A DNA stretch of 64,000 nucleotides from Myxococcota bacterium (GTDB taxonomy: Bacteria > Myxococcota_A > UBA9160 > UBA4427): NCBI GenBank assembly GCA_965250285.1, contig OZ252299.1, positions 2,400,001-2,464,000 of the forward strand. The letters run 5' to 3'. A model generated the notes under the pieces. It saw nothing but the letters and a program-made list of their open reading frames with translations, ran no database searches and was not told the origin of the DNA. Shown piece by piece: positions 57,582 through 64,000 of the stretch. The translations under genes were made by a program, and so were the position numbers. Position 1 is the stretch's first letter; every line of letters starts with the position of its first letter.

Positions 57582-58541
57582 ATGAATCCGCGTTCGACGC
57601 TCTGCTCCGGTCTGCTCCTCGCGATCGTGCTGGCCGCATGTCACGATCGAAACGAAGAGACAGCGCCCACTGCCCCGCCCATCCGACCGGCGACTGTGGT
57701 CATGCTCGAGCCGGGCCAGGAACCCCTCGCCCAACGCCGCTATGCGATTCAGCCGGGCCTCGCGCTGGGCGGAACGCTCATGGTCGTCGAGTTGCGCATC
57801 TCGCAGGGCGGTGAGAAGCAGCCGGCCCCGATTGATCCGGCGCTGAAGCTTCCGATCGAGGCCGCGAGGACGAGCGCAGAGGCCGACGCCACCGCGATCG
57901 AGATCAACTTCGAGGCCGTACCCGAACCGGGCGATGAGACCGGCCGAACTGATTGGGTGCAGGCCTCGGCCGCACGCCTGGTCGTGCAGGATCCGCTTCG
58001 CTTTCGCGTCGACGCTCAGGGCGTCGAGCCCACGCCCCGCCCCACGACCTCGGCCCGCACCACGGACGCAGCACAGATCGCGGTCGCCGGCATTCTCGAG
58101 GGTTTGCTGCGCCCTGTCCCCTACCCCGAAGCTCCGATCGGCCTGGGTGCGCTGTGGGAGGTGCACCGCGAAGTCGAAGTAGGCGGTGTGCGACTGACCG
58201 AGCTCGCGCGCTACCGCATTACGCAGCTGGCCGACACGCAGATGCGGCTGAGCCTCTATCTGCGTCAAACGGCGGCGCCTCAGACGATTCAGAGCGAATC
58301 GGGGGAGACCGTCGAAGTCATCAGTCACCAGGTCGAAATCGACGGCGCCGCCATCGTCGATCTCGAGCTGCCGCTGCCCATCGACGTCGACGCCGGCCTC
58401 GGATCGACCACCGCTTCGGTGTCAGGCGCCAGCGGCGACGGGCAGCAGATCGTCGAGCGGCAGACTGCGGAGATTCGACTCTTCGTACACACGCCCGAGC
58501 CTGAACCGAACGACGAGGTCGCGACCGCCGAAGACCTCTAG
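57582..58541 (+). CDS. Hypothetical lipoprotein
   Basis: LAAC lipobox; LEPGQEP, PYPEAPIGLGALWEV motif. Confidence 0.7.
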   Translation: MNPRSTLCSGLLLAIVLAACHDRNEETAPTAPPIRPATVVMLEPGQEPLAQRRYAIQPGLALGGTLMVVELRISQGGEKQPAPIDPALKLPIEAARTSAEADATAIEINFEAVPEPGDETGRTDWVQASAARLVVQDPLRFRVDAQGVEPTPRPTTSARTTDAAQIAVAGILEGLLRPVPYPEAPIGLGALWEVHREVEVGGVRLTELARYRITQLADTQMRLSLYLRQTAAPQTIQSESGETVEVISHQVEIDGAAIVDLELPLPIDVDAGLGSTTASVSGASGDGQQIVERQTAEIRLFVHTPEPEPNDEVATAEDL

Positions 58542-59242
58542 TCGATCTCGTAGTACCGCGTACCGCCCTGTGCGTCGACGACCTCGATTTCGAGACGCTC
58601 GGCCTGCACGAGCTGCTCCATCAGGGCCCAGTAGCTGATGTCGCTCTGCGCCACTTCGAGGCCATTCACATGGGTGATCATGTCGCCAGGCTGGATGCCC
58701 GCCGAACGGAAGGCGTTCTCGCCGTGTGGCGGCAGCGCCGCGACGCTCACTCCGACGAGGCGCCCCTCGGAGTAGGCTGGGTGCAATTGGCTCGCGGCGA
58801 CGTCCTGAGCGCGCCAGTATCGATTCTCGGCCTCACCCGCGACATAGCCGAGCGCTCGTCGCTCGAGCAGGAGCGCGTGCAACGCTTCCTCGCTCGCGCC
58901 TCCCTCGGCCTCCGATGAAAGCGAACCCGCGGCGTTCGGATCGCCGGCGTAGCCGAGGGCGATGATCTGATCGAGTGAGGACGCAGCCTCAGAATCGGAC
59001 GGCGGTGCGCTGGGCGGGTCCGGGCTGGCCGAGGCAGCCGGCGTCACAGCGCTGGCAGGCGCAGCGTCTTCAGGCGCTCGCAGGCGCGTTGCGACGTCGG
59101 CAACGTCCACGGTCAGCGTGGGGCCCGGAAGCGCCCGAGAAGACGAAGGCAGCTCGGGGTCTTCGTCGGCCAACCAGACGAGCAAGCCGAGCCCGGTGCA
59201 GGCGATCGCGCTTCCAACCAGGAATGCTCGCCCGCCGCCCAC
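58538..59242 (-). CDS. Membrane-anchored PDZ-domain protein (GspC C-terminus-like)
   Basis: N-terminal TM, Pro/Ala/Ser linker, PAYSEGRLVGV...AGIQPGDMITHVNG. Confidence 0.7.
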   Translation of the reverse strand: MGGGRAFLVGSAIACTGLGLLVWLADEDPELPSSSRALPGPTLTVDVADVATRLRAPEDAAPASAVTPAASASPDPPSAPPSDSEAASSLDQIIALGYAGDPNAAGSLSSEAEGGASEEALHALLLERRALGYVAGEAENRYWRAQDVAASQLHPAYSEGRLVGVSVAALPPHGENAFRSAGIQPGDMITHVNGLEVAQSDISYWALMEQLVQAERLEIEVVDAQGGTRYYEID

Positions 59243-59244
59243 GA

Positions 59245-59910
59245 CTATTCCCGGTCGGTCGGCTTGAAGAGCTCGGTGAGATTCGGCGCCTTCTGTTCCT
59301 GCCGCGTGATCTCGGCGTTGGCCTCGTAGAGCTCGACCGACTTCTGGTAGTCGCTCGAGTCCCTTCCGACCTCCTGCCAGACGCCGTTGATCGCTGTGCA
59401 GCGTTGCTCGAACTGCGGATCATCGATGGCCGTCTCGGGGTTGTAGTACTTGTACCCGAAGAGAACGGCGCCCGAGTCGCGGTACTTGGTCATCAACGCG
59501 CGACTCTCGGGGTCGAGGTGCCGTGTCTGCACCGCCGCGAACGGCATCTGGAAGTCGCAGCTCGACAGGATCGGCAACGCCTCGAACCGGGCATCGCAGC
59601 CGCTGGGCTCGATCTGCTTCTGATGCTCGAACTGCGTCAGGAACTTCTCGTGCAACTCCTGCAGCTTGTCGCGCTCCTCGGGCGTGGCCTGATCGTACGC
59701 GGTCTTCGTGAGCGACGTCTGGACCCGCATGCAGTTCTGCACCTGATCGTCCCACGCCCCGGAGAGTTCGGTGACAGGACCGATGTAGCCGTTCGATTCA
59801 CCGACCGCGGGCTCATCGGCGAGCGCGGGGGAGGCCAGAGGCAGCATCGCGAGCGGGAGCAAGAGCGCAACAGAGTGGATGCGAGATCGAATCGAGCCAG
59901 GAATCATCAT
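59245..59910 (-). CDS. Hypothetical secreted protein
   Basis: Signal peptide ending ALA; four Cys; 2-bp gap to the PDZ gene. Confidence 0.7.
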   Translation of the reverse strand: MMIPGSIRSRIHSVALLLPLAMLPLASPALADEPAVGESNGYIGPVTELSGAWDDQVQNCMRVQTSLTKTAYDQATPEERDKLQELHEKFLTQFEHQKQIEPSGCDARFEALPILSSCDFQMPFAAVQTRHLDPESRALMTKYRDSGAVLFGYKYYNPETAIDDPQFEQRCTAINGVWQEVGRDSSDYQKSVELYEANAEITRQEQKAPNLTELFKPTDRE

Positions 59911-60295
59911 TCGACCAATCTACACGCTGGAGCCGACCGAGGGAACCTCCCCGCGTCTCGCGGATCCCCATGGGCTGGCTTCGCCCGTGACCCGACGTCA
60001 GAGCCTCCTTCCCGCCGCGACGCGCATGAACGCGGCGCACCCCCTGCTCGCGCGACCCGACGCGCCGATCTCGAACCCGCTCGAAGACGCCTCTGGCTCG
60101 CGAGTCGTCGCGCGGTGGTGTCGATCCACCACGCACGTGACGCAAGGCACGAGAGACCCACTCGCACGGCGACTGCAGGATCACCCTCTGCACCACGGCC
60201 CAAGAAGGCGGGCGCTCAGGCGACCACAGAGCGGTATACAGCGCGACCCGCATGTGTGTAGAGTGACGACACAGCCCATCGCAGGAGACGACGAC

Positions 60296-62221
60296 ATGCG
60301 AAGCACGCCCACGTGCGCATTCGGCCTGTTGGCCGTCACGCTGGTCATCATGGGTTCCACCTCTGCGCTCGCCCAGGACGCCCACTGGGCCTGGCAGAAC
60401 CCGTTCCTCGCACCCAACCCAGATTCGAACATCCACTACGACTCGTGGTTCACCGACACACACACGCAGCCGGCGCCCGCCGGCGCCCAGCGGATCGAGG
60501 CCGACTATCTCAGCCAGGTCACGTTCGATAGCCCAATCACAGGTCGGTCCATCACCAGACGCCTCGCGACGTGCGGTGCGCTCGTCTACAACGCAGAGAA
60601 GGAAGTCACGCTCGTCTGCAGCAGCTGGCCCGATCTGCTTCGCAAAGAAACCACGTGGAGCATCGTCTCCTTCGACGACCAGGGCGAGGTGACTGCGTAC
60701 CGCGGCCTCAAGTTCCCCTACGACAACCTGCCCGACCTGTTCACCAACTTCGCCGGCATCGGCTACTTCTTTCTCGACGAACGAGACCGGATCGTGCTCG
60801 CGACGCCCGAGGGCCAGATCGGCGTCTGGCGCCGCACGCCCTCCCCCGTCAGTGACGTGGATGCGTTCGTTCAGGTCAGGACGATCGACGTCACCACGAG
60901 CGATGGCCCACTCAAGGGCAAATCACTGTACGGGCTCATGCCCAACGAGCAGGGATACATCTGGTTCACGACGACCGATGGCTACGTCGGCACCGTGGCG
61001 CCCGAGCCCTGCCGCGCCGACTGTATTCGTTTCATCGATCTGAACGATCCAGATGGCGACGGCGTGCGCGACCCGCAACCCGACGGCCGCATGCAGCGCA
61101 TCTCCGAATCGCACTCGGTCGACGGCTTGTCGACGTTCCAGCAGACCGACTACAAGATGTACCGGATCGACATGCAGCCCGACGGCACACCCGAGGTCGC
61201 GTGGGAACGACGCTACCGCCGCGGCGTGCAGGTCAAGCCCGGCCAGACGAGCCGCGGCTCGGGCACGTCGCCGAGCTTCTTCGAGATCGATGGGCGCCAG
61301 TTCGTGACGATCATGGACAACGCGATCCGCCCGAACATCAACGTGTACCGCGCCGAGAAGGAGCTCGGCCGCGGCGAGCGTCGCCTCTTCGCTCAGGCCG
61401 CTCCGTTCGGCGACCGCACCGACGTCTCGAACGAGAACTCGCTGATCGTCTACCCGGGGACGTCGGAAGACAGCATTCGCATCTATGCCGAGAACAACTG
61501 GGGCAACCGGACGCTCGCCTCGACGATCGGCCCCCTCGTGACACGCAGCGGCTTCGGCGGCATCGAGGTCTTTGGCGATGGGCGCATGCGCGTGCTGCGG
61601 CCCAACGAGCGCATCCGCATCCCCAACGTGGTCTCGAAGGGCAACATCCCCGACAACGCGATCTACACCTACAACAAGCGGGTCGACGGCTGGTACCTGA
61701 CCGCGCTCGACGCCGACGACGTACGCAACGTGATCTGGACGGCGCGCGTCGGCCCTGGACGCATCATCTGGAACAGCTGGTACTCACAGCTCTCCCAGGC
61801 CGCCGATGGCAAGAACTTCTGGGTCGCCAACGTCCGGCTCGAGCCGGTGGCCGGCAGGCCGGCCCCGGGCGCCTGCCTGTCCTATCGCGACCCCGCCGAC
61901 TTCGTCGACGTGATCGGCGAGATCGGGGGCTTCGAAGGCGGAGAGATCTTCTATCCCGAGTGGCTCCGCGCGTTCATGTTGGGGGAGCTCGCCAGCACGA
62001 AGGCCCTGATGCACGAGTTCGCCTCGGATAAACAGCTGCGCAAGCTCGTCAAACGCTGGAGCAGTGACGTGCTCGACGCCACCTGGCTGCTCTGGGCCGC
62101 GCACTACGACGCCAATCGACTCTCCGATCGCTCGAAGGCGAGGCTCGAGAAGATCGCCGCACGCCACGACGCGCTCGTGGCCGAGCTCGATGCTCGATTC
62201 GAGTCGCACTGCGGGCCGTAG
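60296..62221 (+). CDS. Large hypothetical secreted protein, probable beta-propeller with helical C-terminal tail
   Basis: AGGAG RBS, signal ending ALA, NPFLAPNPDSNIHYDSWFTDT, GYFFLD, GSGTSPS, ENSLI. Confidence 0.75.
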   Translation: MRSTPTCAFGLLAVTLVIMGSTSALAQDAHWAWQNPFLAPNPDSNIHYDSWFTDTHTQPAPAGAQRIEADYLSQVTFDSPITGRSITRRLATCGALVYNAEKEVTLVCSSWPDLLRKETTWSIVSFDDQGEVTAYRGLKFPYDNLPDLFTNFAGIGYFFLDERDRIVLATPEGQIGVWRRTPSPVSDVDAFVQVRTIDVTTSDGPLKGKSLYGLMPNEQGYIWFTTTDGYVGTVAPEPCRADCIRFIDLNDPDGDGVRDPQPDGRMQRISESHSVDGLSTFQQTDYKMYRIDMQPDGTPEVAWERRYRRGVQVKPGQTSRGSGTSPSFFEIDGRQFVTIMDNAIRPNINVYRAEKELGRGERRLFAQAAPFGDRTDVSNENSLIVYPGTSEDSIRIYAENNWGNRTLASTIGPLVTRSGFGGIEVFGDGRMRVLRPNERIRIPNVVSKGNIPDNAIYTYNKRVDGWYLTALDADDVRNVIWTARVGPGRIIWNSWYSQLSQAADGKNFWVANVRLEPVAGRPAPGACLSYRDPADFVDVIGEIGGFEGGEIFYPEWLRAFMLGELASTKALMHEFASDKQLRKLVKRWSSDVLDATWLLWAAHYDANRLSDRSKARLEKIAARHDALVAELDARFESHCGP

Positions 62222-62314
62222 GCGATCGACGGAGGCGACGCCGTTCGCGGCACCCTGTCGGCGACCGCGCGTGAGCCTGCGTCGAATCCGCACTGAGGTG
62301 AGCGGAGCTCCGAG

Positions 62315-63283
62315 TCAGGCCCCGTGCGCCAGCTTCTCGAACTCGCGCGCGATCAGCTCGGACGTGCCCGACTGGTGCGTCGCTCGCCAGGTGCGCCACG
62401 GGAAGACGCTCTCCCAGCGATGCAGCTTCTCGAAGCTGAGGGTCGCCGTCACGAGCTCTTCGTCGCCCCCGGCCTCGGCGTAGACGTGACTGAATCGCGG
62501 GAACGCGGGCCCGGCGATCGTGCTGTGCCCGAGAAAATCCGACGTGCGGCCTTCGTCGAGCCGCTCGGCACCGTAGCTGCCGGTCCCGTCGGGCCCACCC
62601 ACCTGATTCGCGCTCACCGCGTAGCAGAGGTTCTCCTGGGCTCGCGTCGAGGTGGTCTGCACCATGTAGTCCCGCTTGCCCGGTCCCTTGAACGTGGCGC
62701 AGCAATTGAAGATCAAGCGCGCGCCCTTGAGCGCCATGATGCGAGTCAGCTCGGGATTGAACCAGAAGTCGTAACAGATGATCACGCCGATCGGGCCAAA
62801 GCGGGTCTCGAACACCGGGATCGTCTGGCCGGGGCGGTACGTCACCCCCTCCGAAACCCACGGGAGCGAGCCGAGATGCACCTTGCGGTAGCTCCCGATC
62901 ACCCCTTCTGGTCCGACGACGGCCGCCGCGTTGTAGAGCACGTTCGGGTCGTGCGCATCGCGTTCGGCCAACCCGAAGATCACGTAGATGTCGAGCTCGC
63001 GCGCCAACGCCGCGAGGTGTTCCGTGGTGGGGCCGGGCACCGTCTCGGCGAGCGCATCGTGATACGCACAGCTCGCCTGCCCCGACTGGCACACCGAACA
63101 CTGTCCGAAGCCGATCAGCGCCTCTTCGGGAAAGGCAACGATTTGAACGCCCTGCGACGCCGCTTCGCGCACGTTCGCCTCGATCTTCTCGAGGCAGGCC
63201 TGCTTGTCACCGGCGATCGAGGCGAAGTTGACCGCCCCCACGGTCACGACCTTTTCGTAGCTCGCGTATCGCTCGGGGATCAT
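62315..63283 (-). CDS. Carbon-nitrogen hydrolase (nitrilase superfamily)
   Basis: E-K-C triad: FPEE, YRKVHL, ICYDFW. Confidence 0.93.
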   Translation of the reverse strand: MIPERYASYEKVVTVGAVNFASIAGDKQACLEKIEANVREAASQGVQIVAFPEEALIGFGQCSVCQSGQASCAYHDALAETVPGPTTEHLAALARELDIYVIFGLAERDAHDPNVLYNAAAVVGPEGVIGSYRKVHLGSLPWVSEGVTYRPGQTIPVFETRFGPIGVIICYDFWFNPELTRIMALKGARLIFNCCATFKGPGKRDYMVQTTSTRAQENLCYAVSANQVGGPDGTGSYGAERLDEGRTSDFLGHSTIAGPAFPRFSHVYAEAGGDEELVTATLSFEKLHRWESVFPWRTWRATHQSGTSELIAREFEKLAHGA

Positions 63284-63437
63284 CGGGTGCTCCTCTCGCG
63301 GGTTCGGCGTCGCCTTCAGATTCGCTCAGCCGCCGAACCGCCGACAGAGGCGCTTGGGGGTGAGGACGCCCTCGTGAACAGAATGCATCCAAATCGATCA
63401 TTTGCGCGAGAACTCGACACTTGGTAACTATGTATCG

Positions 63438-64000
63438 ATGCTGAGTTCGACGGCGCACGACAAGGTTCCCCGCCTCGCGGACATCGTGTTCGATGAGCTC
63501 GTACGCGAGATCCTCGATGGTGCGAGGGCGGTCGGCGATGCGTTGCCGCCCGAACGGGCGCTGGCGGCGCGCTTCGGCGTCTCACGGCTGATCGTCCGAC
63601 AGGCGATCCACCGGCTGGCTGACATCGGCCTGGTCCGCCCGCGCCAGGGCGGCGCCACCGTGATCCTCGGCCGCGACGAAGCCGATGCGCTGGCCCTGCT
63701 CCCCCACACCTACCGCGCGGGGGATCTGGACGATCAACGATTCATCGATTCGATCGAGCACCAGTACACCAATGGCCTCAGCCTGCTCGAGATCGCCGAG
63801 CGCCGCGCGTCTGACGCCGCGCTCAACGCGATTCGGGAGCTGGTCGAAGCTTCCGAGCCCAAACGCGACGACGAGCACGCGGCGATCGAGCTGAACCGAC
63901 GCTTCTGGCTCTCGGTCGCCGAGGCCGGGGGCAATGGCATCGCCATCGCGCAGCTGAGATGGTGGTACCGATCGTTCGCCGACGTCGACGCGCTCACGTG
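63438..64000 (+). CDS. GntR/FadR family regulator, runs off the right edge
   Basis: Read manually from ATG 63438: ...GDALPPERALAARFGVSRLIVRQAIHRLADIGLV..RQGG. Confidence 0.88.
   Translation, partial: MLSSTAHDKVPRLADIVFDELVREILDGARAVGDALPPERALAARFGVSRLIVRQAIHRLADIGLVRPRQGGATVILGRDEADALALLPHTYRAGDLDDQRFIDSIEHQYTNGLSLLEIAERRASDAALNAIRELVEASEPKRDDEHAAIELNRRFWLSVAEAGGNGIAIAQLRWWYRSFADVDALT

Overview
A high-GC, gene-dense bacterial window with about 54 CDSs. I found no rRNA, tRNA, CRISPR array, integrase or transposase. Two PEP-CTERM proteins, a porin and many signal-peptide or lipoprotein genes point to a Gram-negative organism, possibly Myxococcota-like (inference). Content: (i) lipid, ketone and aromatic oxidation genes, including three Baeyer-Villiger-type monooxygenases, acyl-CoA ligase and dehydrogenase, esterases, a Zn-ADH and a CmcJ/NvfI-like oxygenase, with LysR, TetR, IclR and GntR regulators; (ii) a spondin / ECF sigma / NrsF anti-sigma / YHYH operon; (iii) a complete MoxR-DUF58-DUF4350-DUF4129-SpoIIM-RDD cluster; (iv) a PPIase-HupE/UreJ-DUF3604 cluster; (v) several large uncharacterised secreted proteins. 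The best candidate for an undescribed system is a TetR-adjacent module: an AurF-type diiron oxygenase plus a 1020-aa secreted beta-propeller/di-heme (CxxCH + CX4CH) cytochrome c peroxidase-like protein, both preceded by the same 16-bp operator-like site. Also notable is an apparent deletion scar at about 13790 joining the 3' ends of a divergent PEP-mutase/LysR pair. All family assignments come from motif recognition by eye, not database searches. Several starts were moved from the ORF track to more plausible codons.
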